DNA from: a virus
Lineage: Duplodnaviria; Caudoviricetes
DNA length: 64,000 nucleotides
Direction: 5' to 3' (one strand)
IMG/VR virus record: IMGVR_UViG_3300031088_000782
Span: 1-64,000 of that record
Shown: positions 18,818 to 28,027 of the stretch, piece by piece
How the letters are laid out: every line of letters starts with the position of its first letter
How positions within the stretch are numbered: position 1 is the first letter of the stretch
Made by a program: the position numbers and the translations under genes
The notes under the pieces: model-generated
The model's input: only the letters and a program-made list of their open reading frames with translations
Database searches by the model: none
Told to the model about the DNA's origin: nothing

Positions 18818-20764
18818 ATGTTTGATGCTGACATTGATCTGTTCGATGATGTTGATCAGTCTTCGTCAAACCGAAAATTCTTGCAGAAGACTCTTGGTGA
18901 CAATGCCCAATACCTGAAATTGAAGAATAAATCTAAAACTCCCGATGGCTCTTTTGCAAAGGGGCGCAGGAACAGATTAAAAAACATTCCAAAAACAGGT
19001 AATTATGGCATTATTCCTCATAAGAAATTGTTTATTCTTGATTTTGATTGCCATAATGATGGTTTTTCTACTATTGATGAACAGATAGATTTCTTTAGTG
19101 AGTTTTTTGAAGTTAACTTACGTAAGAGTTTTGCTGTTGTCACACCTACTGGCGGTATCCATGTTTATCTGATGTTCCCGGAGGATATTTCTGAAACTTC
19201 AAAAAATGATTTTCCCAAGGCTTCTCTACGTGGTTATTCAAAAGCTTTTTCTGAAATTGTTGGTAGAGAAATAGTACTGGACGCTGACATTCGCAGTGGT
19301 TTAGTGAATGGTTATGTAGTTGGAGTTGAGAGCCTTTCTTCTCGTGTTAATGCTATTCATGAAAAATATTGGATTGCGGATCATACTGTGGGTTTTTCTT
19401 CTGAGGGATTTGACATTCTTTCTGTTCCACAGGAATCAATGGACAAGTTTAAGAGAGTCGTAGAATTCCGAAATAGCACCGAAAAATCTCTGAATGATAA
19501 GTTGGGAGAGATTGATGGTGAAAACCCGTTAAAGGCTATTTTTGAGTCTCTTGATAGTGCTTCAGGGGAAAAGACAAACATCAAGCCGCCAACTGAAATT
19601 ATTTATCGTTTGAAAAAATCAATCAAAACAAAAAATATAGTTTCTTATCATGCTAAAAGAGCCTTCGTCAAATCGGCTTTGCATTGCTGCTATGATGATT
19701 ACGCTATTGCTATTGCTTGCATTGAGATGGGAATTGATAAAGATTCATATAATGATAAATCTATCGGGTTCCGTTCTCTTATTACTGACATCAAAAGATT
19801 TACACCAGAGAAAAGATATCATGGATTTTACTGTTATCAGGGGCGTCAGAACCTCAGAATAGCGAAGAAACAAGAGTTCAAAGAACAGTATTCTGGCGTT
19901 GAATTTAATGTAGATGAATTCAAGCAGAAGATGAAACAAAAAATTTCACAACGTTCCAATGCTGGTGCTTCATCTTTTCGCGTTCTTAATCCGCGTGTTA
20001 TTGACATTGGAAAAGTATCTTCGGCTATTCTTATGGAAAAGAAAAAAGACAATCCTCCGCAACAGTATTTTGATGCTATGGCAATAGTCGATTATTTCAT
20101 TCAACCTTTGTCTAATGTCGGAACTTCTCGAATTCTTTTAGCTAAGACCGCTATATGTGAAAGGCTAGCTATTTCTCCGTCTCGCACTACTCAAGCTTTG
20201 CGATTACTGCGAGAAAATAAGGTCATTCGAATTGAGGAAAAACAAAAGAGTGGCATGGCTCCCACGTATTCTGTTTCTGAATCTTTCACTCAATTCTATT
20301 TGACGAAGGCTTTGCGTTTGGCTTGGGGAAGATTGAACAAAGGAAAGCCAAGAGAAGAGAGTGACTCCATCTATTTTGATAGATTGTCTGGCGTTTTTCG
20401 CAAGGTCTTTACTGATGAGGCTGTTGAGACTGTTTCTCCTGTTGATGATGTATTGAGAAAAATTTCCTTGTCAGTTCCAGCTGTTTCTTTTAAGTTCTAT
20501 GCTGGTGGAGCAGCAGTATCTTATTTAAAGTCTGAGGCTGAGAGGTACGATTTTTCTCCGGTTGTTCTTGATGACATTGTTGTTGATGAAAATACTGGTG
20601 AAATTGTTGAGGATCTTGATTTCAATGGTGAATTTTCTGTTGAAAGAATGTTGAATGATTCTGAATATTTAATAACTAATGAAAATAATTTAATTACACA
20701 AGAAAATAATGCTGTAGATAATATAGAGGGGCAGAATAATCATTGTTTGATAGATAGCAGTTAA
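18818..20764 (+). CDS. Bifunctional primase-polymerase (Prim-pol/AEP) with C-terminal wHTH; candidate replication initiator
   Basis: GNYGI...FILDFDCH, TPTGGIHVY, DIRS...GYVVG; C-terminal AICERLAISPSRTTQALRLL. Confidence 0.75.
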   Translation: MFDADIDLFDDVDQSSSNRKFLQKTLGDNAQYLKLKNKSKTPDGSFAKGRRNRLKNIPKTGNYGIIPHKKLFILDFDCHNDGFSTIDEQIDFFSEFFEVNLRKSFAVVTPTGGIHVYLMFPEDISETSKNDFPKASLRGYSKAFSEIVGREIVLDADIRSGLVNGYVVGVESLSSRVNAIHEKYWIADHTVGFSSEGFDILSVPQESMDKFKRVVEFRNSTEKSLNDKLGEIDGENPLKAIFESLDSASGEKTNIKPPTEIIYRLKKSIKTKNIVSYHAKRAFVKSALHCCYDDYAIAIACIEMGIDKDSYNDKSIGFRSLITDIKRFTPEKRYHGFYCYQGRQNLRIAKKQEFKEQYSGVEFNVDEFKQKMKQKISQRSNAGASSFRVLNPRVIDIGKVSSAILMEKKKDNPPQQYFDAMAIVDYFIQPLSNVGTSRILLAKTAICERLAISPSRTTQALRLLRENKVIRIEEKQKSGMAPTYSVSESFTQFYLTKALRLAWGRLNKGKPREESDSIYFDRLSGVFRKVFTDEAVETVSPVDDVLRKISLSVPAVSFKFYAGGAAVSYLKSEAERYDFSPVVLDDIVVDENTGEIVEDLDFNGEFSVERMLNDSEYLITNENNLITQENNAVDNIEGQNNHCLIDSS

Positions 20765-20781
20765 TTATCACTTATTTTGAC

Positions 20782-20810
20782 TTGCTTCTCTGCGATTTAT
20801 GGTGTAGAAT
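20782..20810 (+). promoter_or_regulatory. Probable SigA-type promoter
   Basis: TTGCTT-17 nt-TAGAAT upstream of the rIIA-like gene. Confidence 0.55.
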
Positions 20811-20848
20811 GTAGTTATTGAACATTTACACGATGATTGGAGAAAATA

Positions 20849-23389
20849 ATGACATTTCAGGGATTGTCTAAGGGCGATAAGAACTACTCAAGCGTTACTG
20901 ACCTTATGGTTGGACGTTCTTCTGGTCGAACTATCAAGATGAGAATGAATCTTGAAGATCAGGGTGCTCTTATGAACAAACTGACTGACATGTACGATAA
21001 GCCTATTACTGCAAGTGTGCGAGAGGTTCTGTCTAACGCTATTGATGCAACTGTATCTCTGATGAGTAAGGGTCATAAAGTAAATCCTGTTGAAGTCAGT
21101 ATGCCTTCTGTAATGTCTCCTGAATTTGTTGTAACTGATCATGGCATTGGAATGTCTGAAGATGACATTGAAAATCATTTTGCTGTTTTTGGTGGTTCTG
21201 AAAAGAAATCAGACTTTCAGCAAATTGGAGCTTATGGGCTTGGTGCCAAATCTCCGCTTGCTTATTGTGATCAGTTTTCTTTCGAAACAACTAAGGATGG
21301 AGTGACTTGTAAGGTTCTCGTTATTCGTTCTGAAAGAGGCCCGGAAACTCAAATTTTGTCTGTTGAAAATACTGGTAACGAGTCTGGAACTACTGTGCGA
21401 ATTCCTCTCAATTCTTCTGATGGAAGCGATCAAGCTATTGATATTTCCAGCTTCAATCAGGCTATTCAGTCATACAAAGATTTCTCTTTTGATGTTCCCG
21501 TTGTCATCAATGGTGTTGAATATTTTGGAAATCCTAACTATATTGAGCTTGGCACTGTTGAGATTGAATCCGACTCTAACACTCAGGGGCGTTTTTGGAT
21601 TACACACGAATGTCTTCTCAAAGTTTTGGGTGAAACTGGATATTATTCTCGTTTCAGTAACATTCATTCTTATGTCCTTTCAGGATATAGATACGATTCT
21701 GTTATGAGTAGTCCTTATGTTGAATCTAAAGATGTTATTGTCGAACTGAAGCCTGGTGTCGTTGATTTTATTTCGTCTCGTGATGGAATTACAAAAAACA
21801 ACCGTTCCATTGCTCTTGACAATCACATTAACGATGTTCTTAACAATAAAAAAGAATTCATTCTTAATGGAACGATTTCTGGAATTAAAGCTGGAAAATT
21901 TAGTAAGTATGAGACTTACAAGATTTTTGAAGCTCTGAATCCACAGATCTCTTCTGACGAAGATAAAGTGACTATTGAAAATGAAATTTTTGATTTTTCA
22001 GATTTCGATTCACCTGATGGATACAACTTTCTTAAAGAAAATGCGAAATTCTCTCATGAAAGTATTCATTCTGTTCTAAGGGTCAATGAAAGCTCTACTT
22101 ACTCGAATAGTCGCAATATTCTTACGCCTGTCAAGTCGGGAAATTTTTCAACATATTTCAAAGCTCCTTACAACTATTCAGGAAAAGTCAATGACCTTAT
22201 CAATGATGTTATAACAAACCTTAATCTTTCTGATAGAGAAGATAACAGAAGTGTGAGATTAGTTGATTGTGCAAGGGTTGTAAATGAATCATCTGGTGAA
22301 ATCTATTTTGTTTCTGGAATGAATAATGAAAAAGACATTAAAGCAGTCATTCGTCAACGTAAAGAAATTGCTTCATCTAGAGAATCTACTCTTATCATCA
22401 TGACACAAGATGATAAATTTTCAGACGAAGAGATTGAGGCTTTTCTTAACAAAGTTGATTCTGACATTCATTCCAAGATTAATTGGGTTGATGTTGAATT
22501 TTTTAAGAAGATTGCAAAAGAGAAGCGAAACAATTCTGTTTCTGTTTCGAAGGATTCAACTCCTTATGCAAGGATCTGGGCTTTTTCAGATGGTTTCGAT
22601 TCATCGGAAGAGATTGTTAATGGAGAAGTAAAAGATTCTTCTAAGAAAAACAATTCTTACCTTGGAAAAACAGATCTTAATACTGTTTATGGAGAAAATG
22701 CACTGATTATCGCTTCAGAGGGCGGAAGTAGTCGTAATGTTGTTTTCGACCTTTTGAATGGATATCAGCACATTAAGGGATTTGATGCTCTGAAAAATAG
22801 ACCTGTTTATGTTGTTGCTCAACTTTTGAAGAATTCGGTTCTGTCTCTCGTGAATTCGGGAGAAGAAGTTATTCGTGACAAATCTATCAGACACGCAAGC
22901 AAAGATGCCGAAGAGAAGCTTAATTCTCTTCCAACTTATTCTCGCTCTGTTGAGGATGATAGGCTTAACCTTGCCTCGGATGAAAGCTTGATCGCTAAAT
23001 ATGTGCAGTCAAAGCTGGGCGGATACTGCGATACAGTCAACCAAAGATTGCAGTCACTTGCGTCTTTTGGCAGTGATTCAAATTCTGTTGAAAATATTGA
23101 CAAAATGAAAAACTTTATTGACAGTGTTGATTACAAGTCTAATCTTTTGCAAGTTCCCGAAGTTTCTGTTGAATATATTGCGACTAGAGGCGGACTTGAT
23201 GGATTGATCAGAAAAGTTGAAATTCTTGAAAAGGTAAGCATGATGGGACGATACAGTTATGATCAAAAAATCAAAGAGTTTGTTTCTAGCATGGCTCTTC
23301 TGCTTAACATGAAAGAAGGAGAATCAGCTATCCCTGATTATTTGAAGCAATCTCTGGTGAAGTTCATTAATGATGAGCTTGCCTTGTGA
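20849..23389 (+). CDS. GHKL (HSP90-like) ATPase, T4 rIIA-like
   Basis: VREVLSNAIDA, DHGIGMS, FGGSEK, IGAYGLGAKSPLAY, GTTVRIP. Confidence 0.8.
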   Translation: MTFQGLSKGDKNYSSVTDLMVGRSSGRTIKMRMNLEDQGALMNKLTDMYDKPITASVREVLSNAIDATVSLMSKGHKVNPVEVSMPSVMSPEFVVTDHGIGMSEDDIENHFAVFGGSEKKSDFQQIGAYGLGAKSPLAYCDQFSFETTKDGVTCKVLVIRSERGPETQILSVENTGNESGTTVRIPLNSSDGSDQAIDISSFNQAIQSYKDFSFDVPVVINGVEYFGNPNYIELGTVEIESDSNTQGRFWITHECLLKVLGETGYYSRFSNIHSYVLSGYRYDSVMSSPYVESKDVIVELKPGVVDFISSRDGITKNNRSIALDNHINDVLNNKKEFILNGTISGIKAGKFSKYETYKIFEALNPQISSDEDKVTIENEIFDFSDFDSPDGYNFLKENAKFSHESIHSVLRVNESSTYSNSRNILTPVKSGNFSTYFKAPYNYSGKVNDLINDVITNLNLSDREDNRSVRLVDCARVVNESSGEIYFVSGMNNEKDIKAVIRQRKEIASSRESTLIIMTQDDKFSDEEIEAFLNKVDSDIHSKINWVDVEFFKKIAKEKRNNSVSVSKDSTPYARIWAFSDGFDSSEEIVNGEVKDSSKKNNSYLGKTDLNTVYGENALIIASEGGSSRNVVFDLLNGYQHIKGFDALKNRPVYVVAQLLKNSVLSLVNSGEEVIRDKSIRHASKDAEEKLNSLPTYSRSVEDDRLNLASDESLIAKYVQSKLGGYCDTVNQRLQSLASFGSDSNSVENIDKMKNFIDSVDYKSNLLQVPEVSVEYIATRGGLDGLIRKVEILEKVSMMGRYSYDQKIKEFVSSMALLLNMKEGESAIPDYLKQSLVKFINDELAL

Positions 23390-23449
23390 AAGATTTGTAA
23401 AATTTTTTTTAAAATGAAAAAAACAATAGGTGAATGGAAGGATTATATT

Positions 23450-23680
23450 ATGAATGATTCAATGAGTGTTATCAAGAAAGCTCTTTCTGAGAAGAGTGCA
23501 GTATCTTTCAATTATGAAAAAGCGGATGGGGATAGTTCTTTTCGAAATATTGTTCCTGAAGATGTGATTATTGCTTCTGACTCTAATCCGCTTGTTGTGG
23601 GGGTTGATCAAGATGTGCAGGGCTATCGTAGGTTTAATCTTTCACGAATGACTGATGTGAAGCTGTCTGTTGGTGAATGA
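23450..23680 (+). CDS. Stand-alone WYL-like domain protein
   Basis: ALSEKSAVSFNY...SFRNIVP...YRRFNLSRM. Confidence 0.65.
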   Translation: MNDSMSVIKKALSEKSAVSFNYEKADGDSSFRNIVPEDVIIASDSNPLVVGVDQDVQGYRRFNLSRMTDVKLSVGE

Positions 23681-23716
23681 TTGACAAACTTTTGTTTATG
23701 GTTTAAGTAGTAAGAT

Positions 23717-23765
23717 AATAAGGTTATCAGTGAGTTTCTTAATGTCTCTTACTGATAACCTTATT
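23717..23765 (+). terminator. Hairpin/terminator
   Basis: AATAAGGTTATCAGT / ACTGATAACCTTATT followed by a T-rich tract. Confidence 0.7.
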
Positions 23766-23891
23766 GTTTTTTTTGTAAAGATATTGAAAATGGTTTTTCA
23801 AAAGAATTTTGGTGATGATTTTTTGTTAAAATCTAAATGAAGTAGATAAATAGTTTTTCATATAGAGAAATTTTGAAAGGTAGTAAAAATT

Positions 23892-24986
23892 ATGACAGTT
23901 ATTGAGCCTTTGGTTCCTAAGTTTGACAATATTGAGGTAAATAAAGTTGATTTGCCTTACAGAAACGAGTCTTATCTTCGTTTTTCTTATTCAGATCCTA
24001 TGTTGGAGGGATATGAAGTTACAGTTATTGCTGATTCTGTTCCAGTAGGCAGTGAATTTAAGAATGGTGATGAAGAGGGGGAGCGTTTATTAACAATTTC
24101 AGCAAGATTCCCACGTTGCATCCTTTCGGAAGTAAACACTCACAGGGTTTTTTCAAGAAATTCAGCTTCTTCTCGTGCTCGTTCAGTTAAAGCCACTATT
24201 GGTGACATTATGCGTAAGCCTTATATTCCTTTGTTCACTAAAAACAAAAAAGGTATGAGCGGAGAATTTTTAACTGCTGCTGAAAGAGAATTAGCTGTCA
24301 AGGCTTGGCTTTTGGGGCGAGACTCGGCTGTTGTTTCTGAACTTCGGCTTTTATTGGGTGATTTACTTACTCCAAGCGGAACTATCACTGAAATTGCATC
24401 AAATTATGCATCTCACATTGACCGCTATTACAAGGAAGTTTATGAAGCTGAGATTATGCCTGTTGAAGCTATTTCTGTTCATAAACAAAATGCTAATCGA
24501 GTAATTGAGCCTTATATGTGGCATGAAGCTATTGTCACTTCGTCTTATTGGGAAAATTTTGTTGAATTGCGAACAGACTTGGAAGCTGCTCAACCTGAAA
24601 TTGTTGCTTTGTGTCGTTTGATTGAAAAAGCTTTGGAAGTTTCTCGGCCTTCGCAAACTTGGTTGCACCTTCCATTTATCGAAGATTCCGAAAAACCTGA
24701 ATCCTTTGATAATTTTGCGAATATTCGTGATTTGTTGCTTCTTTCTGCAACTGAGTCAGCACAGGTTTCTTATCGTGACAAATCAAGAGCAGATAAGTCG
24801 ACTGCGACTACTCGCTTAGGTGAGCGGTTACTGAAGATGCGCCATTTGAGTCCTTTTGAGCACGTTGCTTTCTCTTCGGATGCCTACCACAATAATTCTG
24901 AGGAGATCTTACCGCGAGGAAATGTCTTGCGGAGTAATTTGGATGATAACTGGGTTCAGCTTCGTCCAATTTTGACAGCTATGTGA
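23892..24986 (+). CDS. thyX: Flavin-dependent thymidylate synthase (ThyX/Thy1), phage type
   Basis: FPRCILSEVNTHRVFSRNSASSRA, HKQNANRVIEP, HLSPFEH. Confidence 0.85.
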   Translation: MTVIEPLVPKFDNIEVNKVDLPYRNESYLRFSYSDPMLEGYEVTVIADSVPVGSEFKNGDEEGERLLTISARFPRCILSEVNTHRVFSRNSASSRARSVKATIGDIMRKPYIPLFTKNKKGMSGEFLTAAERELAVKAWLLGRDSAVVSELRLLLGDLLTPSGTITEIASNYASHIDRYYKEVYEAEIMPVEAISVHKQNANRVIEPYMWHEAIVTSSYWENFVELRTDLEAAQPEIVALCRLIEKALEVSRPSQTWLHLPFIEDSEKPESFDNFANIRDLLLLSATESAQVSYRDKSRADKSTATTRLGERLLKMRHLSPFEHVAFSSDAYHNNSEEILPRGNVLRSNLDDNWVQLRPILTAM

Positions 24987-25001
24987 AAACTGTCAAACAT
25001 G

Positions 25002-25033
25002 GAGGGGTAGAGAAAAATCATTCTCTACCCCTC
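25002..25033 (+). terminator. Intrinsic terminator
   Basis: GAGGGGTAGAGAA / TTCTCTACCCCTC. Confidence 0.7.
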
Positions 25034-25091
25034 TTTCGTGGATATTTTTCTATGAATACCTATTAATATTAATGCAAAGGTTTGATAAAGA

Positions 25092-25718
25092 ATGAGTGAA
25101 TTGCTTGAAAAGTCCCCTGTGAGACGTTTTTGGAGTAAAGACGTGATTCTGTTCTCTACTATGCTCCTATCGGCTCTATCATGCCTTGTAGCATCTCTTG
25201 TGTTGTCGATTGATGCTGTCAAGCTAGCTTCTGACCCCACCGCGAATCTCTCCTGTGATATCAACGCAATAGTAAGCTGTGGAACTGTTGCCTTATCAGA
25301 TCAAGCTCAGATTTTCGGATTTCCTAATTCTTTTCTGGGACTTATCTGTGAACCTATTGTCATTATGATTGCTGTTGCTGGCTTATCAGGCGTAAAGTTT
25401 CCAAGATGGATGCTCACAGCTGCTCAAAGTGTTTATTTCATCGGTTTCGTCTTTGCATTGTGGCTGTTCTATCAATCTGCTTTTGTTATTGAAGCTTTCT
25501 GTCCTTGGTGCTTATTAGTGACTGTTGGGACAACTTTAACCTTCTTCACACTGTTGAGATATAACATTATTCATGACAGAATTTTCCTTCCTAAAAGATT
25601 GTCAAATTTTGCTAAAACTGCTGTAAGCTTGAGGATAGATAGCGGGTTGGCTGTTATTGTTTTGATGGTTTTTGCTTTCGTTATATTCTACAATTATGGA
25701 TTCTCAATGTTTGGCTAG
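25092..25718 (+). CDS. Vitamin K epoxide reductase (VKOR) family membrane protein
   Basis: SCDINAIVSCGTV..S.QA.IFGFPN and CPWC redox motif; several TM segments. Confidence 0.9.
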   Translation: MSELLEKSPVRRFWSKDVILFSTMLLSALSCLVASLVLSIDAVKLASDPTANLSCDINAIVSCGTVALSDQAQIFGFPNSFLGLICEPIVIMIAVAGLSGVKFPRWMLTAAQSVYFIGFVFALWLFYQSAFVIEAFCPWCLLVTVGTTLTFFTLLRYNIIHDRIFLPKRLSNFAKTAVSLRIDSGLAVIVLMVFAFVIFYNYGFSMFG

Positions 25719-25807
25719 AATTTTAAAATATGTTTTTATCAAACTGTTTTTGATCTGTTTTAGAAAAGTTCATAACTAAACCTAACGAACGATAAGGTAG
25801 GATGAAC

Positions 25808-26398
25808 ATGGCGAAAACAAAGTTTCACGTAAACCCTGAAACGGGTGAGTCCGGAGAATGCAATGCATCTGTTCGTGCTTGCATTTACGGTAATAGTAAG
25901 GGCGACTATCATTATGCTACCAAAGAAGAAGCTGAGAAAGCTGGACAGAATATTCTTGCTTCAAAATATGGGACTTTTAGTAAAAAGAAAAAATCTAACA
26001 AAACTTTAAAAGCTGTTTCATCTTCTGCCGTTTCTTCGGAAAAGGTTTCTTCAAATAAATCGAAGGCAGCTAAATTTCGATCTCAAATCGAAGACATGAA
26101 TCAAGAAGAAATTCGCCAATTCGCTGACATGTCTCAATCTAATTATAATGCTATTCATAAAATTGCTGAAGATAAAATTAATGAGGATAATGCTGTTTTG
26201 TCAAGACTCGGAGAGTTGTCCGAAAAGAATGGTGCACTTATTGCCGAAAACCGTGAGATAATTATGCGAGATTACAGTATAAATCATAAATCAACTTCTG
26301 AAATTGTCAAAGGATTGGCTAACAGCAAAAACTTTTCTCCATCTAACTCTATCCTTGATCATATAAGAGATGAATATGTTAAAAATTGTTTCAAATGA
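25808..26398 (+). CDS. Protein with the same N-terminal H-C-C-H domain as the ART at 22-976
   Basis: FHVNPETGESGECNASVRACIYG...HYATKEEA. Confidence 0.8.
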   Translation: MAKTKFHVNPETGESGECNASVRACIYGNSKGDYHYATKEEAEKAGQNILASKYGTFSKKKKSNKTLKAVSSSAVSSEKVSSNKSKAAKFRSQIEDMNQEEIRQFADMSQSNYNAIHKIAEDKINEDNAVLSRLGELSEKNGALIAENREIIMRDYSINHKSTSEIVKGLANSKNFSPSNSILDHIRDEYVKNCFK

Positions 26399-26537
26399 TT
26401 CAAATGTTCGATTAAGTTGATATTCTTTTCATGCCATTAAGTTCAAGTGCTGAAGCACATGTTTTCACACTGTTTTCAGGACAAATAAGCTTCTTATTTT
26501 GAACTTAATGGTCTTTAATTTTTGATTGGAGTTTTCT

Positions 26538-26819
26538 ATGACAGGTTCAAGTTTGAATGATCTTATTGATGCTATTCGTTCTCGTTCAGCTCTTATTAAT
26601 GAAGGACTTGATGACAACAGAGCAGATTTGGGAGATCTTTTTATCAAATCAATTCGAAAAACAATGAAGGAAATTCGTCATGGAGCAAATTCTGATGATT
26701 TTTCGGAATTGGTTGTTGTCAATCTTATTATAATGGGATCGAACGAAGGTTATTCTTCCGAAGAGATGAAAGATTTTGTAATGAACCTTAAATCAGATGA
26801 TGAAGATCATCTTTTATAG
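26538..26819 (+). CDS. Hypothetical protein
   Basis: GGAG RBS before ATG 26538. Confidence 0.65.
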   Translation: MTGSSLNDLIDAIRSRSALINEGLDDNRADLGDLFIKSIRKTMKEIRHGANSDDFSELVVVNLIIMGSNEGYSSEEMKDFVMNLKSDDEDHLL

Positions 26820-26926
26820 CAATGAAAGTATGATATTTTTATGTGATTAAACAACTTTGTAAAATTTTACATAAATTTAGGACATAGTGCAAAAGTTTAA
26901 AATATACAGGCAAGAAAGGTTTCACA

Positions 26927-27523
26927 GTGTTCTCATCGACTTGGATTAACACTCACGGCTCTCAACATGAGGTCAATGAAGCGATACTGTGGGCTGATGT
27001 CGAATCATCTGGAACTACCCCTGAAGTTGACACACTTTTGGAACTTGGAGCCGTTATTTCTGATATGTCAGGGAACAGAATAAGCTCAACATGGGAGACA
27101 CTGTTTGAAATACCTGATTTGTCAAGAATTATAGCAAACTCCAGTAATGATGTTCAAAGATTACATGATAATTCAGGTTTATGGCAGGACTTGTGGAGCA
27201 AAGAGACAAAAACATATGCAGAAGCTGATTCTGATTTTTCTGACTTTATATTATCTTCTGTTCCTGAGAATACCTTGCTTTATTTCGGTGGAAATTCAAT
27301 TACTTTAGATAGGCTTTTTATTCGAATGCATATGCCTAAAACTTATTCTCTTATTTCGTATCGCTCTATTGATGTGACTTCCCTCTCTATGACGTTACAA
27401 TCAAATACTTCAATCCCTGGATTTAATAAAGGAAAAGATCATAGAGGATTGAAAGATGCTTTAGATTCATTAGAGGAATATAATTATTATTTAAATTGTT
27501 TGAAAAAGATTAATAAAAATTAG
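26927..27523 (+). CDS. orn: Oligoribonuclease (DEDDh exonuclease)
   Basis: LWADVESSG, LLELGAVISD, GNSITLDRLF, YRSIDVTSL, HRGLKD. Confidence 0.85.
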   Translation: MFSSTWINTHGSQHEVNEAILWADVESSGTTPEVDTLLELGAVISDMSGNRISSTWETLFEIPDLSRIIANSSNDVQRLHDNSGLWQDLWSKETKTYAEADSDFSDFILSSVPENTLLYFGGNSITLDRLFIRMHMPKTYSLISYRSIDVTSLSMTLQSNTSIPGFNKGKDHRGLKDALDSLEEYNYYLNCLKKINKN

Positions 27524-27590
27524 TGAATAAAGTTGATAAGATTAAATAACGGTTAGAAAAATCGGTTTCATTGAAGGAGAAATTAGTTAA

Positions 27591-27857
27591 ATGAGTGAAG
27601 TAACAGTATATAGCAAACCTAATTGCGGAAATTGTGATAAGACATATACCCTTTTGGGGAACCTTGATGTTGATTATAATAGTGTCGACATTTCAAAAGA
27701 TAAAGAGGCTTTGAAGAAAATCAAGGCTATGGGCTTCAGAGAAGCACCAGTTGTCGTTGTTGGTAAAGATTCATGGGGTGGATTCAACGAAGATAAGATT
27801 CGTGAACATTTTGATCCTAATCACAGCAATAATGATGATGACACATGGGATTTCTAA
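27591..27857 (+). CDS. nrdH: NrdH-redoxin with C-terminal DDDTWDF extension
   Basis: VTVYSKPNCGNC, GFREAPVV, WGGF. Confidence 0.9.
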   Translation: MSEVTVYSKPNCGNCDKTYTLLGNLDVDYNSVDISKDKEALKKIKAMGFREAPVVVVGKDSWGGFNEDKIREHFDPNHSNNDDDTWDF

Positions 27858-27874
27858 GCTGTTGAGAAAAATCG

Positions 27875-27920
27875 AAAGTGAGAGACATGAGACTGTTTTG
27901 GTGCTCATGTCTCTCACTTT
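27875..27920 (+). terminator. Intrinsic terminator
   Basis: AAAGTGAGAGACATGAG / CTCATGTCTCTCACTTT plus T tract. Confidence 0.8.
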
Positions 27921-28027
27921 TTTGTTAGAATATATGATATATAATGTTGTTCTCATAAAACAAATGAGGTATAGATTAAAGACTTAGATTTAAAAGACAG
28001 AGTAGATGTTGAGGGGTAGCTTTAGTT

